A stretch of 64,000 bases of DNA, taken from positions 256,001 to 320,000 of the forward strand of contig OY762463.1 of NCBI GenBank assembly GCA_963665815.1. Reading direction: 5' to 3'. Shown one piece after another: positions 10,222 to 18,569 of this stretch (the stretch's first letter is position 1; each line of letters opens with the position of its first letter). The position numbers and the translations under genes were made by a program. Source of the stretch: Candidatus Cloacimonadales bacterium. GTDB lineage: Bacteria; Cloacimonadota; Cloacimonadia; Cloacimonadales; JAIOQZ01. The notes beneath the pieces are model-generated. The model saw nothing but the letters and a program-made list of their open reading frames with translations. It searched no databases and had not been told where the DNA came from.

Positions 10222-10551
10222 CTACTTCCTCCATTTACCGAAGATATTAAGGTGTCTCAGAGAGAGGGCTAATCCACGCATCACTATGAAGCCAAGGATG
10301 AAGATAAAAGCGATATACACTAATTTATCATTAAAACTGAATAGTCTTTTGAAAACGCAAATTATGTACGATAGCTGAAGAGCAACAATGAAAACAATCC
10401 CAAGGATAAAAGAAACAGAAACCAGAGTCGATAACTCAGCCTTCTTGTCTTTCATGTAGCCAATTATCATCCTGCAGGCGAGAAAACCACCACCAATGAA
10501 AATAACAGCAAATAGACGATCTCTGATCAAGTCACTCCAGAATGCACACAT
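10222..10551 (-). CDS. Small hypothetical membrane protein (about 3 TM)
   Basis: Three hydrophobic stretches; GGA/GAGG upstream of ATG; converges on the propeller gene. Confidence 0.55.
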   Translation of the reverse strand: MCAFWSDLIRDRLFAVIFIGGGFLACRMIIGYMKDKKAELSTLVSVSFILGIVFIVALQLSYIICVFKRLFSFNDKLVYIAFIFILGFIVMRGLALSLRHLNIFGKWRK

Positions 10552-10701
10552 ACCTCAGTCCTTTTTTGAATTATAAGATTATCATAATAGCACATGATTA
10601 ATTTATAGATGGTTGGTTGTTACTTGTCAAGGGAAATGCATATAATCGTTTTTTTTCCAACAAACATTTGTTTCTAATGTATTTTTATAGTTAATAGTAA
10701 C

Positions 10702-11026
10702 TTATGTCGCAGATTTTCCCGACTTTATCGGGACTCAATCAACTTAAATAATTGATATACTATGATATAAAAGCTCCCTGACAGCCTGTGTAAAAACGCG
10801 AAATATCTTGAAATTTGCAATAATTTATGTCGCGATTTCGACCCCGCTCAATCAGCTTAACTTACTGAAAAAGTATGAGTTGTAAGCACCCTGATCGGAG
10901 TCGAAGGGTATTGGTTTTTGAGTGAATGAAGCGACGAAAATATGTTTTTACACACACTGTGAGCGGAGTCGAAGGGTATTGGTTTTAACTGATATAATCG
11001 ACAAAAATTACGTTTTTGCATAGTCT
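10702..11026. mobile_element. Older degenerate MITE/REP-like element, interrupted by a second copy
   Basis: ttatgtcgc...ctcaatcaacttaa...aagctccctga[insert]gcggagtcgaagggtattggtttt...cgacaaaaat..gtttttgcatagtct is collinear with the inner element; left end not recognisable. Confidence 0.7.
10782..10959. mobile_element. 178-bp non-autonomous MITE with 16-bp terminal inverted repeats and a 3-bp TGA target duplication
   Basis: Left CAGCCTGTGTAAAAAC vs reverse complement of right CAGTGTGTGTAAAAAC (14/16); TGA at 10779-81 and 10960-62; internal inverted pair ttcgaccccgctca / tgatcggagtcgaa. Confidence 0.8.
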
Positions 11027-11113
11027 ACAAGAAGCTTAGACGCTAATCTTCCAGAAAATCCTTCCAGGGCTTCAGGACTTCTTAACGGGAATATTTTCCA
11101 TACAGAGAAAGCC

Positions 11114-11187
11114 AGCTCCGTAGGCGTGATACTGTTTTCAGTATTTAGAGCAGACTACAAGATTTATGCTCCATGAGGAGCGATCTG
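11114..11187. repeat. Pair of degenerate REP-like palindromes
   Basis: agctccgtaggcgtgatactg and gctccatgaggagcgatctg share a gctcc-N-gg(a)gcga core, about 54 nt apart. Confidence 0.45.
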
Positions 11188-11363
11188 TGAATCCAAGAAG
11201 CGATTGATTACCGTCGCTGCTTTGGCATCCCAAAGAAAAATAATCCTCCCGAATTTTAACCTTGACAATTCCTGCGACCATCATATTTAAGTATCAAATT
11301 AAGTCTAAAAATCTTATTCGGCAACAGTACAGTTACTTAGCCGAATCAATAAAAAATAACAGT

Positions 11364-11392
11364 CCTTTAAATTGTCCAGAGAGGCAAAAAGG
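11364..11392 (+). promoter_or_regulatory. PyrR-binding RNA stem-loop in the pyr operon leader
   Basis: CCTTTAA-attGTCCAGAGAGGC-AAAAAGG matches the CUUUAA / GUCCNGNGAGGY consensus; upstream of pyrB, with pyrR in the operon. Confidence 0.9.
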
Positions 11393-11399
11393 AGGTGGA

Positions 11400-11423
11400 A
11401 TGCCACAGACAAAATACTATTGA
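11400..11423 (+). other. Candidate 7-codon leader uORF (MPQTKYY)
   Basis: AAGGAGGT 11389-96, then ATG CCA CAG ACA AAA TAC TAT TGA. Confidence 0.45.
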
Positions 11424-11531
11424 GTAGAAACTCTTCTTAATCCAATTATGCAATTCATTTATTTAATATCTGTTTCATAATTCGGATATACCTTGCAAAT
11501 CCCAAAATATTTCAAAAGAAAAGGAGAAAAA

Positions 11532-12470
11532 ATGCCAACTAAACATAATTTTCTGGGTCGCAGCATGTTCGATCTGGATACATATAATGCCGATGAAATC
11601 TACTCAATCATGGAAGCATCCAAAGTGATGAAATCTATCAACTTAAGAGACTACAAAAAACTGCCTACACTCAAAGGTAAAACAGTATGTACGCTCTTCT
11701 TCGAAAACTCAACAAGAACCCTGATGTCATTCGAACTTGCTGCAAACCGTCTCAGTGCAGACGTTGTCAGCTTCTCTGCAAAAACATCTTCATTGTCAAA
11801 AGGTGAATCACTTCAGGATACCATATATACACTCAACGCAATGGGTATCGACCTTTACATAATCCGCCACAGCTACCCGGGTTCACCACAACTTGTAAAC
11901 AAGTACTCCGGTAAACCAATTCTTAATGGTGGTGACGGACGTCATGCTCACCCTACTCAGGCTCTGCTGGATATCTTCTCAATCTGGGAAAAACGCGGAC
12001 CGCTCAAAGGTATGAAAGTAACAATAGTCGGCGACATTGCTCACAGCCGTGTTGTACGTTCTAACCTTATCGGAATGAAAACACTCGGTGCGGAAGTAAC
12101 CGTCTGCGGACCAAGAACACTCGTTCCGGGATTCCTCCCTGAAATTTACGGTTGTAAAGTTGAATACGATCTTAAAACTGCTCTCAAAGATGCAGATGTT
12201 GTAATGGGACTCAGAATGCAGATGGAAAGACAGGCTGACGGTCTGTTCCCAAGTCTGGAAGAATACACTAAAAACTATATCCTCTCCAAAGAATCAGTAA
12301 AATGGGCAAAAAAAGACGCTCTTATCATGCACCCGGGACCAATGAATCGCGGTATTGAGATTCTTCCGGAAATCGCAGACAGCTCTAACTCGGTTATTAT
12401 TGAACAGGTTGCAAACGGTGTTGCCGTACGTATGGCTCTGCTGTTCTTAATGCTCGGTGGAAAGTTATAA
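11532..12470 (+). CDS. pyrB: Aspartate carbamoyltransferase catalytic subunit
   Basis: FFENSTRT, KGESL.DT, HPTQALLD, GDIAHSRV.RS, MHPGPMNRG; AAGGAG before ATG 11532. Confidence 0.97.
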   Translation: MPTKHNFLGRSMFDLDTYNADEIYSIMEASKVMKSINLRDYKKLPTLKGKTVCTLFFENSTRTLMSFELAANRLSADVVSFSAKTSSLSKGESLQDTIYTLNAMGIDLYIIRHSYPGSPQLVNKYSGKPILNGGDGRHAHPTQALLDIFSIWEKRGPLKGMKVTIVGDIAHSRVVRSNLIGMKTLGAEVTVCGPRTLVPGFLPEIYGCKVEYDLKTALKDADVVMGLRMQMERQADGLFPSLEEYTKNYILSKESVKWAKKDALIMHPGPMNRGIEILPEIADSSNSVIIEQVANGVAVRMALLFLMLGGKL

Positions 12471-12484
12471 TCAGGAGGTGAAAA

Positions 12485-13753
12485 ATGACTATATTAATTA
12501 AAAACGGAAACGTATTCATAGATGGTAAATTTGTAAAAAAAGACATACTCATAGAAAATGACAAAATCAAAGCTGTAGAAGACTGCATTGAACAGGAAGC
12601 TGAAAAAGTCATCGATGCTGCCGGTAAATTTGTATCTCCGGGTTTCGTTGATCTTCATGCTCACTTGAGAGATCCGGGGCAAACCTACAAAGAAGACATT
12701 GTAACAGGAACAAAATCAGCGGCTAAAGGTGGATTCACCACAATCTGTGCTATGCCAAACACAGATCCTGTTGTAGACAATATTGCAACTGTTGAGTATA
12801 TCCGCAGAAAAGCTCACGATCTTGGTTCATGTAAAGTTGGAGTTATCGGAGCACTGACAAAGAAATCCGAAGGCAAAGAGATTGCAGAAGTTGCTACCAT
12901 GCTTGAAGGTGGAATTGTGGCTGTAAGCGATGATGGTAAATGTGTTCAGAACGCAAAACTTAAGTTCAACGCCATGAAGTATGTATCTGCTTTCAACATA
13001 CCTGTTATTACTCACCCGGAAGATTACAATCTTGCAGGAAGCGGACAGATCAACGCCGGTAAGATGTCCACAAAACTCGGACTTGGCGGAATTCCTGCTC
13101 TGGCAGAAGAAATCATGATTTCCCGCGACATTATGTTTGCTGAGAAAACAAAATGTCACCTCCACATTGCGCATATATCCACAGCAAAATCAATTCAGAT
13201 GGTTAGAGATGCAAAAAAGAATGGTGTTAATATTACTGCTGAAGTAACACCTCACCACCTGGTTCTTAACGAAGAAGCAACAGCGACATTTGACACTAAC
13301 ACCAAGATGAAACCTCCTTTAAGAACAGAGAAAGACAGACTTGCCTGCATCAAAGGTCTTATTGACGGAACAATAGATGCAATTGCAACAGATCATGCTC
13401 CTCATTCTGACTTTGAAAAAGAAAGAGAATACAACATAGCACCATTCGGTATAGTTGGCTTCGAGCATGCTTTTTCTATTCTTTATGATAGACTCGTTTC
13501 GCAAAACATAATCAGTTTTGAAACACTTATAGATAAAATGGCTGTTTCTCCTGCCAGATTCCTCAAACTTAATTCAGGCGAGATCAAAGAAGGAAAAACA
13601 GCAGATATCACAATACTTAACACAGAAGCTGAAACACTTCTCACAAAAGACAATATGCTTTCAAAATCATATAACACACCGTTTATTGATACACCTATGA
13701 AAGGTCTGGTGGAAACCACAATCTGTGATGGGAAAATAACATGGCAGGCGTAA
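12485..13753 (+). CDS. pyrC: Dihydroorotase (type I)
   Basis: DLHAHLRDPG, GGFTT..AMPNT, EVTPHHL, KMKPPLR, ATDHAPH. Confidence 0.96.
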   Translation: MTILIKNGNVFIDGKFVKKDILIENDKIKAVEDCIEQEAEKVIDAAGKFVSPGFVDLHAHLRDPGQTYKEDIVTGTKSAAKGGFTTICAMPNTDPVVDNIATVEYIRRKAHDLGSCKVGVIGALTKKSEGKEIAEVATMLEGGIVAVSDDGKCVQNAKLKFNAMKYVSAFNIPVITHPEDYNLAGSGQINAGKMSTKLGLGGIPALAEEIMISRDIMFAEKTKCHLHIAHISTAKSIQMVRDAKKNGVNITAEVTPHHLVLNEEATATFDTNTKMKPPLRTEKDRLACIKGLIDGTIDAIATDHAPHSDFEKEREYNIAPFGIVGFEHAFSILYDRLVSQNIISFETLIDKMAVSPARFLKLNSGEIKEGKTADITILNTEAETLLTKDNMLSKSYNTPFIDTPMKGLVETTICDGKITWQA

Positions 13754-14496
13754 AGAACGTAATCTGCAAAATTACCGAAAATCAGATTCTCAATGACAGT
13801 TATTTTATTCTGACAGTCAAGAGAAGCAAAGAATTTGGAGAAATCCTACCGGGGCAGTTCTTCGAGATGAGACTTCCGGACGATGAGTATTCTCTGAAAA
13901 TACCAATCAGTGTTTATGATGCTAATCCTTTTATCATCAGATTTATGATCAAGACAATTGGTGGAGGTACTGATTACCTTTCTACACTCGAGGAAGGAAC
14001 TGAACTTGAGATTATGGGACCTCTCGGCAACTCATTCCCAATGGTAGAAGATAAGAATGTTCTGCTTATCAGTGGTGGAATTGGTTATGCACCACTTTAC
14101 TATCTTGAGAATGAACTTTCCAAAAACAACAGCGTACAGTGGATACATGGAGGTAGAAGCGAAGAAGACATCTTTGATGCTGACATGATTGCTACCGATG
14201 ACGGATCCATCGGGCACAAAGGTTTTGTAACAGACCTGATCGATGAAGCTCTTAAAGTTGGTAAACCTGATGTTATATACTGTTGCGGACCTGATATAAT
14301 GATGAAAAACTGCTACAATCTGCTTAAAGATACAGGTATTCCGTTCTATGTTTCACTCGAAGAATACATGGCGTGCGGAATAGGGGTCTGTTATGGTTGC
14401 GTTGTTAAAATCAAAGAAGGTGACGAAGCTGTGTTCAAAACTGTCTGCAAAGACGGACCGATCTTTGATGCTTCAAAGGTGGTATGGGATGATTAA
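13741..14496 (+). CDS. pyrK: Dihydroorotate dehydrogenase electron transfer subunit
   Basis: PGQF, GPLGNSF, GGIGYAP, CGP..MM, EEYMACGIGVCYGC, VCKDGPIF. Confidence 0.94.
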   Translation: MAGVKNVICKITENQILNDSYFILTVKRSKEFGEILPGQFFEMRLPDDEYSLKIPISVYDANPFIIRFMIKTIGGGTDYLSTLEEGTELEIMGPLGNSFPMVEDKNVLLISGGIGYAPLYYLENELSKNNSVQWIHGGRSEEDIFDADMIATDDGSIGHKGFVTDLIDEALKVGKPDVIYCCGPDIMMKNCYNLLKDTGIPFYVSLEEYMACGIGVCYGCVVKIKEGDEAVFKTVCKDGPIFDASKVVWDD

Positions 14497-15394
14497 AACA
14501 AAACTTGGTAAACTCCATCTTGATAATCCTGTAACTGTTGCCTCCGGAACATTTGGAAAGGAATTTGGTGATCTTATAGATCTGAACAGACTTGGTGCTA
14601 TTGTCACCAAGACCATTACAATGGAACCTAAAGCCGGAAATCCTACTCCAAGGCTGTATGAAACAGAAGCGGGACTGCTGAACTCAATAGGACTTCAGAA
14701 TCCGGGATTGAAAAGCTTTATGCAGGATGTACTTCCTGAGTACGAAAAAATAGATTCTCCTTTACTTGTCAGTTTTTCAGGATCAACCACAGATGAATTC
14801 TGTAAAATGGTGGAGGAAATGGAATCTTCAGATGTAATTAAGGGCTATGAAGTTAATGTATCCTGTCCTAATGTGGAAAACGAAGGAATAGCTTTCGGGA
14901 CAGATCCGGAAGTTGTAAATAAACTTACAAAAGCACTTTCAGAAAGAACAGACAAAGAACTTATAATAAAACTTACTCCAAATGTCACAAATATCATGGA
15001 AATTGCCAAAGCAGCAGAGGAAGGTGGGGCAGATAGTCTTGCACTGATTAACACACTTCTCGGTATGGCAATAGACTGGGAAACGGGTAAAACCAGAATT
15101 GCCAGAGGTATTTCCGGATATTCAGGTATTGCAATCAAACCTGTTGCCCTTCAGAATGTATACAGAGTTCATAAAGCTGTGAATATACCTATTCTCGCTA
15201 TGGGGGGAATATTCAACTGGCAGGATGCAATGGAATTTTTCTATGCCGGAGCAAGTGCAATTGCAGTAGGAACAGCGAACTTTGTTAACCCGGAAGCCAC
15301 AATATCAATAATAGACTCACTGACAAGATACTTTGACAAAAATGATATAATACTGGAAAATGTCATTGGAAAAGTATCAGGAATAAGAAGTTAA
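14489..15394 (+). CDS. pyrD: Dihydroorotate dehydrogenase class 1B catalytic subunit
   Basis: ASGTFG, TKT, GNPTPR, NSIGLQNPG, NVSCPN, KLTPN, INT; start at ATG 14489 overlaps the pyrK stop. Confidence 0.95.
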   Translation: MIKTKLGKLHLDNPVTVASGTFGKEFGDLIDLNRLGAIVTKTITMEPKAGNPTPRLYETEAGLLNSIGLQNPGLKSFMQDVLPEYEKIDSPLLVSFSGSTTDEFCKMVEEMESSDVIKGYEVNVSCPNVENEGIAFGTDPEVVNKLTKALSERTDKELIIKLTPNVTNIMEIAKAAEEGGADSLALINTLLGMAIDWETGKTRIARGISGYSGIAIKPVALQNVYRVHKAVNIPILAMGGIFNWQDAMEFFYAGASAIAVGTANFVNPEATISIIDSLTRYFDKNDIILENVIGKVSGIRS

Positions 15395-15413
15395 CATTTA
15401 ACCGGAGATTTAC

Positions 15414-15962
15414 ATGGAAGAAAAAAAATATATAATGGATCAGGAATCAATCAACAGGGCACTTAAAAGAATGGCTCATGAACTTCTCGAACAGAACAGA
15501 AATCACGAAAATCTTTATCTGGTAGGAATCCGTTCTCGCGGCGTACCTATGGCAAACAGAATTGCTTCTTATTTAAGCCAGATTGAAAACATAGACATCC
15601 CTGTCGGTGTACTCGACATTACTTTGTACCGAGATGATCTTTCAACCATATCACACCAGCCTGTAATTAAAGGATCAGACATCGGTTTTGATATCGAAGG
15701 CAAAAATATTGTACTGGTTGATGACGTACTATATACAGGAAGAACAGTAAGAGCTGCCTTTGATGCAATTCTTGACTTTGGACGCCCACAGAAGATTCAA
15801 CTTTGTGTACTTGTAGACAGAGGTCACAGAGAGCTTCCGATTAAAGCTAATTATGTTGGAAAAAACATTCCTACATCAGCAGAAGAAATAATCAAAGTGT
15901 GTTTTGATGAAACTGATGGAGAAGATTCAGTAAGAATCATGGTCAAAAAGCAAAAGGACTAA
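15414..15962 (+). CDS. pyrR: Bifunctional pyr operon regulator / uracil phosphoribosyltransferase
   Basis: [43 protein letters not shown]. Confidence 0.97.
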   Translation: MEEKKYIMDQESINRALKRMAHELLEQNRNHENLYLVGIRSRGVPMANRIASYLSQIENIDIPVGVLDITLYRDDLSTISHQPVIKGSDIGFDIEGKNIVLVDDVLYTGRTVRAAFDAILDFGRPQKIQLCVLVDRGHRELPIKANYVGKNIPTSAEEIIKVCFDETDGEDSVRIMVKKQKD

Positions 15963-15967
15963 TATTT

Positions 15968-16756
15968 ATGACATTTTTCGAAAAATATAATAAATCACGT
16001 GTAAAAAATGCTTCTTATGTATGTGTCGGACTGGATTCCGATATTACTAAGCTACCTGAAGCTGTGAAGAACGAGAAAAACCCTATATTGACATTCAACA
16101 AAGCTATAATTGATGCAACTAAAGACTTTGTTGTATCCTATAAACCTAACCTTGCATTTTACCTTTCAGCAGGAAAAATGGGACTTGATGCGTTATTTGA
16201 AACTTTTGCATATATTCCATCAGATATTCCTGTGATTCTTGATGCTAAATTCGGAGACATCGGCAACACAATGTTCCAATACGGTAAATTCGCATTTGAA
16301 CAGGTAAAAGCCGATGCCCTGACAGTCAATCCGCTTATGGGAGAAGATGTTGACAAGTCCATAGAAAGCTTTGAAGGAAAAATGAAATTCCTCCTCTGTC
16401 TCACATCAAATCCGGGAGCAAAAGACTATCTTATGCCTAATGAGCTGTATACTAAAATCGCTGCTGCTATTGGTGGAAAGAAAGATCTTGGAGCTGTTGT
16501 CGGTGGAACAAACTCTGAACAGCTGGAAAAAGTAAGATCTCTCATGCCTGAAACGATATTCCTTATTCCTGGGATAGGTGCCCAGGGTGGTAATCTTGAA
16601 CTTGTATGCCAGAAAGCTGCTGCATCAAAAGATGATGCGAGATTTGTTATTAACTCTTCACGAGGAATAATCTTTGCAGATTCATCTGTAGACTTTGCAG
16701 AAACTGCAGCAAAGAAAGCGGATGAGCTTCGTAAAGCTATAAATGAAAATCTGTAG
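15968..16756 (+). CDS. pyrF: Orotidine-5'-phosphate decarboxylase (type 2)
   Basis: CVGLD, YKPNLAFY, DAKFGDIGNT, LTSNPG, PGIGAQGG, NSSRGI. Confidence 0.96.
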   Translation: MTFFEKYNKSRVKNASYVCVGLDSDITKLPEAVKNEKNPILTFNKAIIDATKDFVVSYKPNLAFYLSAGKMGLDALFETFAYIPSDIPVILDAKFGDIGNTMFQYGKFAFEQVKADALTVNPLMGEDVDKSIESFEGKMKFLLCLTSNPGAKDYLMPNELYTKIAAAIGGKKDLGAVVGGTNSEQLEKVRSLMPETIFLIPGIGAQGGNLELVCQKAAASKDDARFVINSSRGIIFADSSVDFAETAAKKADELRKAINENL

Positions 16757-18569
16757 ACTAATCATTTCCCTGTTTGTCCTGAGTTGTTTCAGTTTTCTGA
16801 ATGCGGAGGAATTGTTCTTTAAATGGGATGACAATCCTGCATTCAACTCTGAAATCTACAAAAAGACAATAGGATTCAGATTAGTAAACTCAGATTACGA
16901 TACATTTGAACAATTAGGAAGGGTGAGTTATCTTCACCCTTCCAGACTTTATGGTAACACAAAGTTCCTTGCAGAAATGCAGAAAGCAGATGACTTCGAT
17001 CTGTATACAGCCGGAATAAGCTGGGGAAAACGAATCAATCCCGTATTCCATCTTGGTACCGGCCTGGAGCTTTCACGAAACATTGATGATAAGATTAACA
17101 CTATATCATTTCTTCCCGGTATTCAAATCAAATTCACAGGCAACCTGAGATATTCCGGCTATCTGTGTTTCCAAAAACTCGATAATGATCAGAAAACTTA
17201 TGTGAATTCTACTCTCTCATATTATCTCAATCCAAACCTTAGAACATCCCTTTCATATGATGTAGATGAAAAGTACAGAGCTGAGATTGACTTAATCAAA
17301 TCTATTGGTATTTCACTATTTGCACAATCTAACTTAAAGAATAACTTGAAAGATAATTTAACTGCAGGATTAACCTTTTCACTCAATCTGGCAAACAGTT
17401 TAGTCAAACTTGAAGGTGCAGTTGTTAATGATCCTGAAGATAAGCAGTACAGACAGTCTGCAGAATATATTTACAGTTTCGGTAAGTATACTCCCCCGAT
17501 TGTTTATGAAGCTCCTCTATATCCTGTTTCGGGAAATGCTCTCAACAAATACGGTCTAATGATAGATCAGCAACTGAGTGAAACAACGCAAAAAGATGTA
17601 GTTATTGTTGTTAAACCGGGAGACAATCTTACACAGATCAGCAGGAATCTACCCATAAACGCTCTTGACCATTACAAAGATAATGTTGCAGCAATATCTG
17701 AATATAACGACATAACAGATCCGTCCAGAATCAAAGTCGGTCAGAAGATAAAAATACCGGTAAAGGTACCATCTGCTTCCGATATTACAGTTTCAGATGA
17801 GGATAAATCAGAAGTTGATGAGCTGCTTAATACACTTTTAACAACAAATCTTGCTGAGATAAAGATTACTCAGGCATACTGGAACTTGCAGTTAAAAGAT
17901 ATCAATGCAATGAAAAAGCATACTCCGGGTAACATATTGAATACACCAGGTATGCTTAATATCAAAGCAATTGAAGCTGTTGCAGAAAACAATCTTGATG
18001 AAGCTGACAGATTACTGAAACAGGCAATATTAATTGATTCAACTTCTCATATCTATCTGTTTAACAAAGCGGTTATAGATTTTCAGACAGGTAAATATCA
18101 GGAGTCTTATGATAATCTTGTTAATAGTATTGAGCTTGGGGCAGGCTCAGATTATGCATTCAAGATATATAATCTTGTTAAGAAGAAAACACTATTGAAG
18201 GATTTCCCTGATACTGTAATTGCGTTACAACAGAACTTCAAAGCAGAGATTTCCTTGATACCAATGGACAGCCTTAAATCCGAATTTAAGCTGCAAAATG
18301 TTGAAAAACAAACAACTGAAAAAAAGCTTAATTTCCTGAGTGAGGAATTTGAGGATTACTTTACACAGAAAGCTACTTACTCAGAAGTTGAGAATACATC
18401 TAAAGCAGGTTCGGCATCTCACAATGAAGCTGTAAACATGCTTAAAATAATAAACAGAAAACTGGATCATATCAGTATGTCTTTAAGAACAGAACGTCAG
18501 AAACTTGTTATTTTGACTGACAACCTGAACATGATTAAACTGGAGCTGAACAGGAGAATGGCATGGTAA
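16743..18569 (+). CDS. Exported protein: beta-rich N-terminal region, LysM, TPR, C-terminal coiled coil
   Basis: Signal peptide; LysM VVKPGDNLTQIS...YNDITDPSRIKVGQKIKIP; TPR-like EADRLLKQAILID...YLFNKAV; overlaps pyrF by 14 nt. Confidence 0.75.
   Translation: MKICRLIISLFVLSCFSFLNAEELFFKWDDNPAFNSEIYKKTIGFRLVNSDYDTFEQLGRVSYLHPSRLYGNTKFLAEMQKADDFDLYTAGISWGKRINPVFHLGTGLELSRNIDDKINTISFLPGIQIKFTGNLRYSGYLCFQKLDNDQKTYVNSTLSYYLNPNLRTSLSYDVDEKYRAEIDLIKSIGISLFAQSNLKNNLKDNLTAGLTFSLNLANSLVKLEGAVVNDPEDKQYRQSAEYIYSFGKYTPPIVYEAPLYPVSGNALNKYGLMIDQQLSETTQKDVVIVVKPGDNLTQISRNLPINALDHYKDNVAAISEYNDITDPSRIKVGQKIKIPVKVPSASDITVSDEDKSEVDELLNTLLTTNLAEIKITQAYWNLQLKDINAMKKHTPGNILNTPGMLNIKAIEAVAENNLDEADRLLKQAILIDSTSHIYLFNKAVIDFQTGKYQESYDNLVNSIELGAGSDYAFKIYNLVKKKTLLKDFPDTVIALQQNFKAEISLIPMDSLKSEFKLQNVEKQTTEKKLNFLSEEFEDYFTQKATYSEVENTSKAGSASHNEAVNMLKIINRKLDHISMSLRTERQKLVILTDNLNMIKLELNRRMAW

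Noticed and set aside
10889-10986. Direct repeat cggagtcgaagggtattggtttt as a possible CRISPR array
   Set aside because: Only two copies, no cas genes, and fully explained by the nested MITE
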